A stretch of DNA of 52,279 bases from a virus (Duplodnaviria; Caudoviricetes): IMG/VR virus record IMGVR_UViG_3300033420_000007, positions 1 through 52,279 of that record, one strand, 5' to 3'. The notes beneath the pieces were generated by a model, which ran no database searches, had not been told where the DNA came from, and saw nothing but the letters and a program-made list of their open reading frames with translations. A program made the translations under genes and the position numbers. This document shows, piece by piece, positions 1 through 10,823 of this stretch. Position 1 is the first letter of the stretch. Each line of letters begins with the position of its first letter.

Positions 1-278
1 ACAAACATTCTTGCTGGTTTAGGTAGTGTTATTTTAGTATCTCTTCAAGGCATTACTGTATAAATAGCGTGTCAGATATTATGTAATACCTCAGCCATTA
101 TCTGCCTATCAGTCATTTGATTTATATCTTCTGCCACAAAGTATAATTTATGCTCGTTAGGTTTATACTCTCGTTTACTACCTACTTGGAACTCAACTTT
201 GAACTCCTCTATAGTAGATTTAGCTAACGATTTCATCCTTTCGAGCATCTCGTTTATTTTTATTTGCTCGTTATCCAT
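1..278 (-). CDS. Partial (runs off window start); probable CobT/VWA-type partner of the adjacent MoxR AAA+ ATPase
   Basis: Reads through the TGA at 72-74 as Gly (EVLHNIGHAIYS, a degenerate HExxH-like segment); lies directly downstream of the AAA+ gene. Confidence 0.45.
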
Positions 279-302
279 ATTTATTCATAATAATTTATAA
301 AA

Positions 303-1349
303 CTAGAAAGTAATATTATCTACCTCTACGACCTCAACAGCCTCTAGTTTTGCTTTCTTAACATCTTCTTTGCTCATCCGTCTATCTCAGTCTTTGAAAA
401 ATTTATTTACTTCATCTCGGATTTGTGGAGCATCTTCTTTGTCAGCTTTAGAAATCATAGCCAACTCACAAGCAGATTTTATATCTAAGTCAGAACACCA
501 ACAAGCCCAGTCAATAAGATTTCTTGTAGAACATTCAAATAATAGCTTCTGTTCTTTGTGTAGAGTTCTTAACGAGTTAGCTACTTTTACCATTCTTGAT
601 ATTACTCAATCTCTAGTATGTGGAGCTGGTGTATCATCTATAGTAACTTTTTTATGTGCAAGTATAATAGCTTTCTCTTTTTTAGCATCAGGGTAACTAA
701 CTATTATCTGTCAAGCAAACCTATCTATAAAAGCTGCATTCATTTCTTTAGTTCAAGCGTAGTCCTCTGTAGGGTTCATAGTAGCAAATATTTTACAATT
801 AGGATGTCTTTGAATTACCTCTCAGTTCTTTTCATCTAAGATTAACACTCTTCTATCGTCCATCGCTGGATGTAATACCATAAGTATCTCCGGCAGGGCA
901 GCGTTGATCTCGTCGATGATAAGCCAAAATCCGTATTTCCAAGCTAGTGTGAATAATCAATCTTGTCGATAAGTTCACTCTTTATTTACTAACCATTTTC
1001 AAACAAGACTATCAACTCCTGTACCTCAATTTAATTGAATTGGTACTAATGGGTTATTAGTTTGTTGGGCAAGGTAATAAATAGAGGTAGTTTTACCAGT
1101 TCCCTTTGGTCACACAAGTAACAACTGTTGGTCTTTTTTTGCTGAGAGTAACAACTTCTTACTATAATCTTTTGCGTTATCCTCTTCCAAAACAAACTGC
1201 ATTCCCTTTGGTGTTAATCTTTCAGCTGTTTCAGATACTCTCTTTATCTCTTCATCCGTAATTTCAGGATATAATTTTTTTCGGCTATCTACTAAGTCAG
1301 TTAGATTAGTGATAGGACATTCTACTCAGTCTATTGCAAATGTATTCAT
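303..1349 (-). CDS. MoxR/CbbQ/NirQ/CobS-like AAA+ ATPase (348 aa)
   Basis: Walker A LLLVGPKGTGKTT, GTYWQDG (CGA=W), Walker B WLIIDEINAA, ATMNP, LNEAAFIDRF, CSTRNL. Confidence 0.9.
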
Positions 1350-1373
1350 AATTATTCATATATTATTTAAAAT

Positions 1374-1958
1374 TTAATCTAAGTTATAAATAAAATCAGA
1401 TTTCTCTACAGGTAATTCTAAATCACCTCAATAAAATTTAACTGTATCCCTATCTCATTGTAATACCTTTATTCTAGTATCTATACTATACAATATGTTA
1501 GGTATTCAATACCAATGACACTGTACTCTTTCCAGCTCGTTTTCATGGAAATCTCTTATAAGATATGATTTAACCATATATTTTTCTGATTCAGCTTTTA
1601 CATCATCAGCTGTAGGCATCTTATCTTTATTCTTCTTAGCTTCTTCTATTAACATAGCTCTTGCTTGTTGTCTTGCTCAGGATAATTTACCAGTACAATA
1701 TGTTCTTGCTATTTTTAGCTGGTCAGAACATTCCATTTTGTAATTAACTAGGCTACTTCTAAGTACCGCTAGTTTTCCTCACATTCTACTAAGCTCATCA
1801 GCTGTATAGCTATGGAAAGATTTACCACTTACTCAAACTCAATTGAGTTCATCTATAATAGATTCTATATCTATTACTACTTGTTGCCAAGTTTTATTTT
1901 GGTAAACTTGTTTTACCTCTTTTTTTGATTCTTCTACTATGTCCGTGAAAACAGCCAT
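1374..1958 (-). CDS. Hypothetical protein (194 aa)
   Basis: Open ATG to TAA under code 25; tight operon spacing. Confidence 0.7.
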
Positions 1959-1975
1959 TGGTTTGTTGGGTTAAA

Positions 1976-2509
1976 TTATAAAGAATTATAGTCTACAGAT
2001 TCTCATTCCCTAATATTAAAATCAGGACTTTCAACAGCAGAATATATACCAATAAGACCAGATAATCTTAAAACACCTCTACAATAACATCTTTTATAAG
2101 CCATATTTGACTTAAATTTTGAATCAATTTTCGTAGATTGACTATGCTTTATAACTCAATCTTTATCTTTTACCATCTCTCCTGTATTCAATTGACTTGC
2201 CTCTCATTCTACAAACACTCGATTATCTCTATCAGTATCTCATTTAAAACCTAAGAAACAAGCCCAAATATGTTGTTGTCGGTTATCAGCTGTAGGTTGT
2301 GTTAAAAATAAAGGTGTTTCCTTTACTACTATCCCACAATAATCAGCTATCTTTTTACATCAGTCATAAGATATAATCTTAGACTTTCAACTTAACCACA
2401 TATCTTTTTCATCTATAACTTTCATTAAATCTACGGTTAGTTTTCAGTATTGTCTTTCTGATTGCATTTCTTCAAAACATTTTCATAAATCTATATCTTT
2501 TTCTTCCAT
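1976..2509 (-). CDS. Putative single-strand annealing/recombination protein (177 aa)
   Basis: GEAS..N...NMAYKRCYCRGVLRLSGLIGIYSAVESPDF resembles the C-terminal motif of phage SSAP-like proteins; located in the recombination block. Confidence 0.45.
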
Positions 2510-2533
2510 TGCTATTATTTTTTAAAAATAAAA

Positions 2534-2806
2534 TTATTTTGTCTCGTGTGGTAGATTGTGTAGTTTCAAAAAATTACTTAATTCTCTACCCTTAATATGT
2601 AATTTAAATACTCTCATACATCAAGGTCTTCATTCTCAGTGAGCTAGTATCTTTCTCTTAGTAGTTTCTTTAGCTAATACTCTTCTTCAGTTCTCCTCAA
2701 TATCATATAGCATAGTATATAAAGTTGCATAGGTTTTTACTCAAGGTATTAATCACTCACTTACTATCTCTTCCAAAGAATAGTCTTTTTCCAATTCAAT
2801 AATCAT
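2534..2806 (-). CDS. Small hypothetical protein (90 aa), possibly DNA-binding
   Basis: Open frame under code 25; first gene after an AT-rich promoter-like gap. Confidence 0.6.
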
Positions 2807-2888
2807 TTTTAATTGTTTAGTTATAAAATTATTTAACTAGAGTATAATAAGAAAAAATAATCAAATTGCAAGAGAATTTTTAGACTTT

Positions 2889-3842
2889 TTATTTTGATAA
2901 CTTTTTCAACGCTATTCATATATCTTTCTGTAGCTTCTTATCCTCTGTAATCTCTATTCTCATCTTCTCTTCACCTTGCCATTTTTTTTCTCAGAAACTA
3001 TAGAACGCTCCCGCTCTTGTTATTGTTCAAGTTGCTATAGCACAAGTAATTAAGTCCTGTAGGTAGTCAAATCATTTACCAAACTTTATAGCTATATCTG
3101 TTGTTTTAAAAGGTATCCCTACTTTATTTTTAATTATATCAAACGTAGTTACTCCACTACCATCTGCATTTTTATCTTTCTTTGTCTTTGTCCTTATAAT
3201 TACACTAGCGTCAAATGGTAATGCGTTTCCTCCAGGTCTTGTATCTCAAAAAGCGTAAGGGTCAAAACTTTTTCTAATTTGATTTATAAAAAAACAGGTA
3301 CATTCATTAGCACTAGCTTTAGGTGTTATTTTTCTTAGTGCTTGACTCATAAGTCTTGCCCTCATACCCATTTCAGCATCTCATATCTCTCAACTCAGCT
3401 CTTTCATCGGAGTTAATTTAGCAACTGAATCTAACACAACAGCTTTTATTTCTCAAGAACCGCATAATTCTTCCATAATACTAAGTGCTTCCTCTGCTGA
3501 ATTTGGTTGACAGAAAACTACGTTATCCATATCTAGTCAAAGGGCTTTTGCATAATCAGGGTCAAGGGCGAATTCAACATCGATATATCAAACCTTTTTA
3601 TCAGGATAAGCTCTTTGAACTTCCGCAAGAAACAATATGGCTAAGGTACTTTTTCATGAGCTTTGCACTCAGTACAATTCCAAAATTCTTCATTCGGGTA
3701 TTCATCCTCACATAGCTAAATCTAGGCTAGGTAATCAAGTAGATAATCTTTTAACTTCTACATTCTCGAAATCTTTGAATAGTCTCGCTGAACCATCTCA
3801 GTGTTTTTTCTGGATAGTCTTTAGTAAATCTGTAATACTCAT
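2889..3842 (-). CDS. recA: RecA recombinase (317 aa)
   Basis: [85 protein letters not shown]. Confidence 0.97.
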
Positions 3843-3844
3843 CT

Positions 3845-3863
3845 GTTATAATGCCGTTATAAG
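3845..3863. promoter_or_regulatory. Palindromic operator copy 1 (GTTATAATGCCGTTATAAG), 2 nt before the recA ATG
   Basis: Near-identical copies at 24371 and 42221. Confidence 0.6.
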
Positions 3864-3865
3864 TT

Positions 3866-3930
3866 AAAAAAAAGACAGGATTTTACTCCCGCCCAGTCAC
3901 CAATAGCAATGGTAGGAGTAGTGTAATCAT
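3866..3930 (-). promoter_or_regulatory. GC-rich hairpin in the recA leader followed by a U-tract (terminator or attenuator)
   Basis: TACTCCTACC pairs with GGCGGGAGTA; a T-run follows about 10 nt later. Confidence 0.5.
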
Positions 3931-3948
3931 ATTAAATTATTTTTCAAG

Positions 3949-4137
3949 CTAATTATTATCAAATATCTGTTTTTTAAGTATTTCTATATGTTCATCTGTC
4001 ATTCATATAAACTTAACATACTTCTTGTTCTCATCAAGTAATTTTAAGTGAGTTATTTGTATATTCTTAAAAGGTGTTCAATCTTTACCTTTAAGTTTGC
4101 TATCAACAATTTCTGCTCAACTAATCTGTAAATACAT
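3949..4137 (-). CDS. Hypothetical protein (62 aa)
   Basis: Open frame ATG to TAG under code 25. Confidence 0.6.
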
Positions 4138-4156
4138 ATTTGTAAGTTATTATAAA

Positions 4157-6121
4157 TTAAAGGGTTATTCTGTTATTCTCCTGTAACTGACTGTCCTCCA
4201 AAGGCTTCCACATATTTTCTATATACTGTTTTGTGTTCTTATTGAACGCTCCAGCTATCTTTAACATTGGCAATCAAGCTCTTGATTTTGGAACACAGAA
4301 CCTAGTCGCATACCAATTATTGTCCCATTTGAAATTATCAAAATCTTTATAACTTGGGTGGTCTCAGTAATTCATTTTAGATACTAAAATTATAGTCGTA
4401 GCCTCTTTTGATATATTACCACTTCAATAAAAATCAAACTCAGTTGGCTCATCTTGCATTTTGTTTGGTTTTCTTAAATGTGATATTAAAACTACTGGTT
4501 TTTTATAGATATCTGTTATTAATTTTAACTCTCTCATCACTTCTCAAACTAACCTATTCTCATTTTCTCATTCAAGAGGTATGTAGTGTAAGTGGTCTAT
4601 GATAAATAAATCAGTCTCTTTTGACTTTCTTTTTATAACTTCTTTTAAGAATCATAACGTAGGCATAGTTCTCTTATCAAATACTATTAAATTATCTGAT
4701 AGTTTTTTGTTAATTTCTACACTATCCTCTAGTTTATTTATATCCTTTAAATTAAATCTATACTCTGCTGATGAAACAGAATCTTTTTTATTTATTTCCT
4801 TTTGTAAGTATCTTAGTGCTGACTCTTCTAGATTTCATTCAAGACTAAACAAACATACTTTTTTGTCATTCAAGGCGTTGTGTATTCAAATATTATAAGC
4901 TATCTCGCTCTTTCATACTCAAGGTTGTGCTCATATTACAACAAGTTCTTCTGGTAATATTCATACTAAATAATCGTCTAATCATTTAATTCAATATTTC
5001 ACTAATGTCTTTCAATCTATTTTCCTTCTATTTTCTTTAGCAATAGATACTAATTTTCAAAAATCAATAAAGTGACTATCTACATCAATAACTTCTCACA
5101 CTCAATTTCTCTCTTGTTGTTGTGCTTTAAACTCTTGTTTTTTCTTGTCTGATATATCCTTTATGTTTGAAAAGTTATCTTTAAACCATTGAAATGTTAA
5201 ATTGTTGTCTAAGTTATAGTGTGTTTTAACAAAAGTAAAAGAATTATATCATTTAGCTTTGTCTGATAAGTAATGCGTTCAAGTAATATAAATAACATTA
5301 TTCATTAAAAACATTCAAATATTACTTCAATCTTTTGGACTCTTAAAATTTTTTCAATCTCTTTGTAATTCTAATCAAGCATATTTGTAAATTAAATCTG
5401 ATATATCTATTTTAAGTATTTCTTCTAAAACAGGGTCATTTATGTTTGTCATAGAAACTTTTATTTCATAATTAACCTTATTTATTAACTTATTCTCCTT
5501 CTCAGAATTTGCAACTTGTGATATATTTTTTATTTTATCACTAAACAATCCTGTATCTTCTAAAATAATACACTCTTTAGATTCCAATCAGTATTTACTT
5601 CTTTTATAATTATAGGTTCAAGGTAATCTTGATAGTCTTGCGATATTTTTACAAGCAACATCAACTTTGAAAGTGTCATCAAAAATTTTATTAACTTCAT
5701 TAAAATAATTTTCTACTCAAAGTTTATAATCTTCTTTATTAAATTTCTGTCATTCTCAAACATAATATATATGAAATCAATTACCTGTAAATACAATATA
5801 TCTATAATCTCAAAATCAATTTTTTTTTAATTCTTCTTTTACATATTCCAAAGATAATAATAGTGTATCATCATCTATTATGTCATTTGTTTGTTTGTAG
5901 TAGTTTTGTCTTAAATCAAAATCCATAAAAAAATAGTTTTTAAATATTATATCATCATCAGAGCTTCTTTTACTTGGATTTTCTACTGATGCTATAAAAA
6001 ATATATCCTCCTTTCTAGTCAGTGCTTCTTCAAATCAAAAAGTAATATCAAGGTTATTGAACTCAACTTTATTCATAGGACATAGTGTTCTTAAAAAATC
6101 AGCAATTTTTTGTTTTTCCAT
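4157..6121 (-). CDS. AEP (RepB-type) primase fused to a DnaB-like SF4 helicase (654 aa)
   Basis: AEP motifs YFFMDFD, FTGNGFHIYY, ARLSRLPGTYN; helicase motifs GILPEELVVIGAQPGVGKS, LFSLE, IIDHLH, VVLISHLRK, DFYGSGNISKEATTII. Confidence 0.9.
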
Positions 6122-6131
6122 TTTAGTTATT

Positions 6132-6986
6132 TTAAATAGTAAAGTTTATAAATTTTTGCAATCATCTTTCTCTTGAAAGAAACTCTGAAAATGTGAATCT
6201 ATGTTGATAATAATTATTGTCTGCAGATGGTTTAACACTAGCCATATAATTTACATAATTTTCAGTAGCCTTTATAATCTCCTCAACAGTATATTCTTTC
6301 CTTTTCTTTATCCATAGCTTAAAAATATCTTCAGTATCTTTAATTACTTTTGGTAATCATTTATTAGCCACTCAAAATGGTTTAACATTATTTCGTTTTT
6401 CCCTAAAACCTACATACTCAGATTTATAGTCTATTTTTGGTTTTTTTTCTAAATGTCAAGTCGCGGGTATATTTGTATTTTCATTATCAATAAATAAAGC
6501 TTCAGATTTTTTTTCGGAATTATTATTATTCTTATTATTATTCTTATTTATAGTATGTGCTTCAAATTTTGAACCACTAGTGCTTCAGTTTTTTAAGCAC
6601 TGGTCCTCTAAATTTTGAACCACTAGTGCTTCAGTTTTTTGACCACTATAACTATATAACTCTAAACATTTACTACTAATATATTTAATAACTAGTTCAT
6701 CATTTATCTTGTAATAGTATTTTGCAGGTAGTCACTTTTTTACAACCGATACAAATCATACATCAATAAATCTTTTAATAGCTGTCCTTTGTTCATATTC
6801 TGATATTCATATTTCTAACTCCATATTTTTTTGTGAAAAAAAGAACTCCTCTTGTCAGAATCTATCTCTTTGTCTTATTAACTCTCAAAAATATCAGGCA
6901 TTTAAAAATCAAAACTCCTTAGCTAAAAACTTATTTACAGGAGTATATCCATCTGATGATAGTAAAGCGTTTAAAATATTATTCAT
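6132..6986 (-). CDS. Phage replication initiator (lambda O-like, N-terminal wHTH; 284 aa)
   Basis: FFFSQKNMELEIGISEYEQRTAIKRFIDVGFVSVVKKGLPAKYYYKIN; contains internal iterons; directly upstream of the primase-helicase. Confidence 0.8.
6557..6648. repeat. Four tandem 23-bp direct repeats (iterons) next to an AT-rich tract; probable replication origin
   Basis: Units start at 6557, 6580, 6603 and 6626 with consensus GTGCTTCARWTTTT..(A/C)CACTA; the period is not a multiple of 3; AT-rich TTA run at about 6520-6550. Confidence 0.8.
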
Positions 6987-7003
6987 AACTTTTATTTATA
7001 AAA

Positions 7004-7116
7004 TAAAAAACCTCCGTCAAATAAATGGCGAAGGTCTCTTTTTGGTTTGTCCTAAAACAGTGTATAAGGGCACTTTGGCATTGTCCACCCTCGCCAAAGT
7101 TTTAAGGACAAAACCG
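7004..7116 (-). promoter_or_regulatory. Structured leader (attenuator) of the replication operon
   Basis: Terminator stem 7026-7035/7010-7019 plus U6; competing antiterminator segment 7087-7096; enclosing stem 7099-7115/7044-7058. Confidence 0.65.
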
Positions 7117-7152
7117 TATTGTTTTTTGAAATAATTTCAAATTAACTCGGAT

Positions 7153-7180
7153 ACTATAATCAAATATTTGTAAATTACAA
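7153..7180 (-). promoter_or_regulatory. sigma70-like promoter TTGTAA-N16-TATAGT for the replication operon
   Basis: Motif and position in the intergenic gap. Confidence 0.6.
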
Positions 7181-7220
7181 GGGATTTTGTAATAATTAAA
7201 AAAACCAAACGGCAATTTGG

Positions 7221-7667
7221 TTATAATGTTTTTAGCTCAGTTATAGTGTTATAGTTTTTATTACATTCGTAGTAATACCCTATTTCTTCTTCGATTTTAG
7301 ATATTATATTATTAAAGTTTTCATATTGTCCTACTTTAAAATCATATCATAAATCTCTTAATATTCAAAGTGTAGCATAGATTCATCTATAATCAACTAT
7401 TACGTGATTTTTTGATTCTATTTCTACCTCAATATTTTTGTTAGTACTCAATCTGTAATAATCGTCTTTTGATTGAACTTCAAATCTATACTCAGCCCTT
7501 TTAATTTTTCAGTTAATCTGAATGTTGAATACTAGACAGAATCAATCTCAAATTACTTCTTTTGATGTAATGCAGTCATCATTGTCTAACGATTGATAGT
7601 GATGATAATACTTGTCTTGGACTTTTTCCAAGTTAATAATAATAAAGTCTGATTGGTGTATAAGCAT
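7221..7667 (-). CDS. Hypothetical protein (148 aa)
   Basis: Open frame under code 25; own promoter-like TTGATT-N15-TATAGT at 7718-7744. Confidence 0.6.
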
Positions 7668-7753
7668 GTCTTTTATAATTTTAATAATAAAAAAAGAATT
7701 TGCCGTCTGGTTAGTTTACTATACACTAAATAATTAAAAATCAAGTATAATTA

Positions 7754-7783
7754 AAAAAAATCCAACACTTTTTAGTGCTGGAT
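7754..7783 (-). terminator. Intrinsic terminator ending the late/lysis transcript
   Basis: ATCCAGCACT-AAAA-AGTGTTGGAT followed by a T-run. Confidence 0.75.
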
Positions 7784-7790
7784 GTATATT

Positions 7791-8639
7791 TTATCATCTT
7801 TTAGTTTTTGTATGTCTTAGAATTTTTTACATTCAATTACTACCTACTATTTAGATTGTTTTATTTATGTATTCTATTTTTGTTTTACAGTCTTTTATAA
7901 ACTCTTTGTCTGTTGTGAGGGTAATTATTTCTTTTAGCAATATTAATAGCCTTGATTTTCTTTTAGTTTCTTCTTTTACTTTATCTGTTGTAGCTAAAAA
8001 AACATAACCTTGACTACTAAATACATTATTTTTGATAAGTTCTTCGTAGTTCTTTAATCAATATATATTATATTTATTACCAAAGTAATTATCTACTACA
8101 AATATATAACCGTTCTTTTTAGTATTTATAGCGTGTCAAAAACTTGAAGGCCTAAAATCTACTCATTCTACTATTCAGTTGTTGTTCTTATCTATTCAGT
8201 ATGCTTTATTTCCTTTGAATGTAGTTGCTATAAAATAACCTTTATCCCAGTATTCTTTAGCGTTGCTTTTAGTTTCAACTTGTATTGACATTACTTTATT
8301 GTCAGGAAACTTAGTGTTCCATCGGTTTCTAACACAGTCAATTCATTTAAATAAATACCGTCAATCTTCTCTTACTTTTCACATTTTAACAGCTAAATCT
8401 CTTACTTCTTTAATATCCTGTTCTGTAAACTTATAATTCATTGTAGATCACAAAGCAGTCATTGAAGCGTATAATGTACAATCTAAGCTCACACCTTGAT
8501 TATACATATAAAATATATCGTCCTGTTTTATTAAATTAGGTATATTAAAAACAGCTCAAGCTAAGTAGTCATTATCAGAAATTTGATCTTCTAGTTCTCA
8601 TAACAATCAATTAGAAGGTGTAAAGTCTTTTTCTTCCAT
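7791..8639 (-). CDS. Papain-fold cysteine peptidase, candidate endolysin (282 aa)
   Basis: YNQGVSLDCTLYA (oxyanion Gln and catalytic Cys) and GHAI...VVDNYFG (His/Asn); follows the holin-like genes. Confidence 0.65.
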
Positions 8640-8642
8640 TTT

Positions 8643-8825
8643 TTATTTATTAGTATCTAAAAATTCTATAGCTCATACTGGGCAGTTATCTTTAGCGTTC
8701 TTTAATCATTACTGATCGTTATTGTCAACACAAAACGCTTTATCTGTTGTTGTGTCTATCTGACAACTCTGTGTTATCGATGCACATACTCAACAGGCTA
8801 TACAGTTTGAGTTTACTTTATACAT
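8643..8825 (-). pseudogene. Single-cluster 4Fe-4S/3Fe-4S ferredoxin with an in-frame TAA at 8709-8711
   Basis: MYKVNSNCIACGVCASI...NNDQ*GLKNAKDNCPVGAIE; CxxCxxC and CP are in the same frame. Confidence 0.8.
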
Positions 8826-8836
8826 AATGTTTTTTA

Positions 8837-9007
8837 TTAATTAAAATCTTTCATTCTTTTTTCCAAAAAATCTCTCTCGTTATATAATTCAGTAAGTTTT
8901 TCTGGTCAGTCATCTGAATGCCAGTTATTTATTTTCTCTCTAATATCTAAATATCTTTTTTCTGTTTGTCTTTTTATTACTTCTAACTGTATTTCTTTTT
9001 CAGTCAT
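8837..9007 (-). CDS. Small hypothetical protein (56 aa)
   Basis: Open frame; charged helical sequence. Confidence 0.55.
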
Positions 9008-9028
9008 ATTGTAAATAGTATCTAAAAA

Positions 9029-9223
9029 CTACACATTGGTACTATCCCCTGATGTAGATGTTGTTGTTGAGTTTTTATTTCACTTATAGTAAAAGGCAAA
9101 TACCATACCTACTATTCATATAAACTGGTCACCATTTATTAATCAAAAAAAGAAACTAATACAAAGCGTTATAGCTATTAATAAAAATACTGTTTTAGTA
9201 GCTGAAGAAAAGATTCTTTTCAT
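9029..9223 (-). CDS. Holin-like two-TM protein (64 aa)
   Basis: MKRIFSSATKTVFLLIAITLCISFFFGLINGDQFIGIVGMVFAFYYKG. Confidence 0.65.
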
Positions 9224-9232
9224 AATTTTTTA

Positions 9233-9829
9233 TTAAATGTTAAAATATTTTCGGATATATCAATAAGCATTATTTGTTTTTCACTTACAACAAGTTCATA
9301 TATGCGAACCTATTCAAGGTTTTCATCTACTTCTTGTAAAATCAGCAATAGAATCTCGTGTCTTTATAAATACTCAATCTAATGTATATTGGTTTACTTT
9401 TTTACTATTTGGATGGTATATTCAAGACTTTCATAAATTACTTCACTTTCTTCATTCATCATAACTTTGTTTTATATTATCAGTATAACTTCACCATTTA
9501 AGATTTTCTACTCTATTGTCTGTCTTTATACTATTTAAGTGCATTACAATATCACTACTATATTCTTGGTTCAAAAAGTTAATAGCAACTAATCTATGAA
9601 TGTTTTTTATAATAATATTGTTATTGTTATGTAATCATACAAATAAGTATCATGTTTGTTTATTTTTGTATTTCTTTATTAATTTACCTTTTATATATCT
9701 AGGAAAGGTATTTCATTTTTTATTTGTTATATTTACATAATGTGAAATAGATTTAACATTTCATAAACTTGATACTTGATATAATCACTCATAACCACCA
9801 ACATCTTTTCGAATTTCTAAATTTTCCAT
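9233..9829 (-). CDS. NUMOD4-HNH-NUMOD1 homing endonuclease (198 aa)
   Basis: EIWKDVGGYEGLYQVSSLGNVKS, IHRLVA, VMHLNSIKTDNRVENLKW, AYGYIWKY. Confidence 0.92.
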
Positions 9830-9831
9830 AA

Positions 9832-9961
9832 CAAAAACGGTTACAATGTAAAATAGGTGCTTTAAAATATAACCGAAGTTGTATTTATCCTATCTTACTG
9901 TGTAACCGTTTGATTATATTTTAAAGCAATTACACTATATTTATATACTTTTATTTTTCAA
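9832..9961 (-). promoter_or_regulatory. Promoter TTGAAA-N16-TATAGT plus an alternative-stem leader of the HNH gene
   Basis: Two long interleaved inverted repeats: 9912-9928/9858-9874 and 9889-9911/9835-9857. Confidence 0.65.
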
Positions 9962-9974
9962 TAGATTTTTATAA

Positions 9975-10127
9975 TTAAACAACGGCTCAAACTGTAGCTC
10001 AGAACAATGTAATCATTCAAGTAACTACTGGCTCTGCTGTTACATTAAAAACTACTATTCAAGCTACTGATAAACAAAGAACTCATATAAGTAAAATTAA
10101 TGCTAACTTTGTGGCTGATTTTAACAT
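9975..10127 (-). CDS. Holin-like protein, apparently C-terminally truncated (50 aa)
   Basis: MLKSATKLALILLIGVLCL...GATVGAVV*; shares the SATK start with 9029-9223 and ends at the HNH cassette promoter. Confidence 0.5.
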
Positions 10128-10150
10128 ATTTATTTATTTAGAATATAAAA

Positions 10151-10798
10151 CTAATTTCTTTTAAAATATATTCATAACTTAGTCTGTATCTCTATTATCA
10201 TATTTTCTACTTCATTACAATCAACTTTGAAATCTGTTAGTTTTCATTTGAAAGGGTTTTTATTATCTATCCAGTGCATCCCTACAAATCATATAAAATT
10301 ATTTCAATCCATTATAGGGAAATATAAAAACTCTTTTACTTTAAATCTTTTTAATATATTCAATTCATTCAAAGCCTTATCATAAAATGTTTGATAACAA
10401 CTTTTATCTTCCAAATCTCAAGCTATATGTGGATTGTTTAATAATGTCTTTACAAAAAATAACTGGTCTATTACATTAACATTTTGTGAACTTTCTGATA
10501 TTCTACTATATGACGGATTTACTACTTCATAATAAGTACTCATCTTTTTAACAGAATAGTTACTTACAGTCACTACTCCATTATGTGCTAAAGCTAGGAA
10601 TACTCTATCACAATTATATTTTCAATATATTCCATCAATAGTATCTCTAACTATAGCCATATTATCTATACTTTCTTTTGTTATATTCTGACTTTTTTTC
10701 TTTAATTTCTCCTTTCTATAATCAAAAATAAGTTTGGCGAATATACCAATAGTTCAAGCAAAAGATGTTATTATGGCAACCAATACAGCACTATCCAT
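10151..10798 (-). CDS. N-terminal TM plus soluble (GAF-like?) domain; lysis-region membrane protein (215 aa)
   Basis: TM segment at residues 4-25, then CDRVFLALAHNG. Confidence 0.55.
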
Positions 10799-10823
10799 TA
10801 TTTTTTGTTTTTAAATTTATAAA

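Noticed and set aside
6557-6648. CRISPR array
   Set aside because: The 23-bp units are contiguous with no spacers and lie inside the initiator gene, which fits iterons
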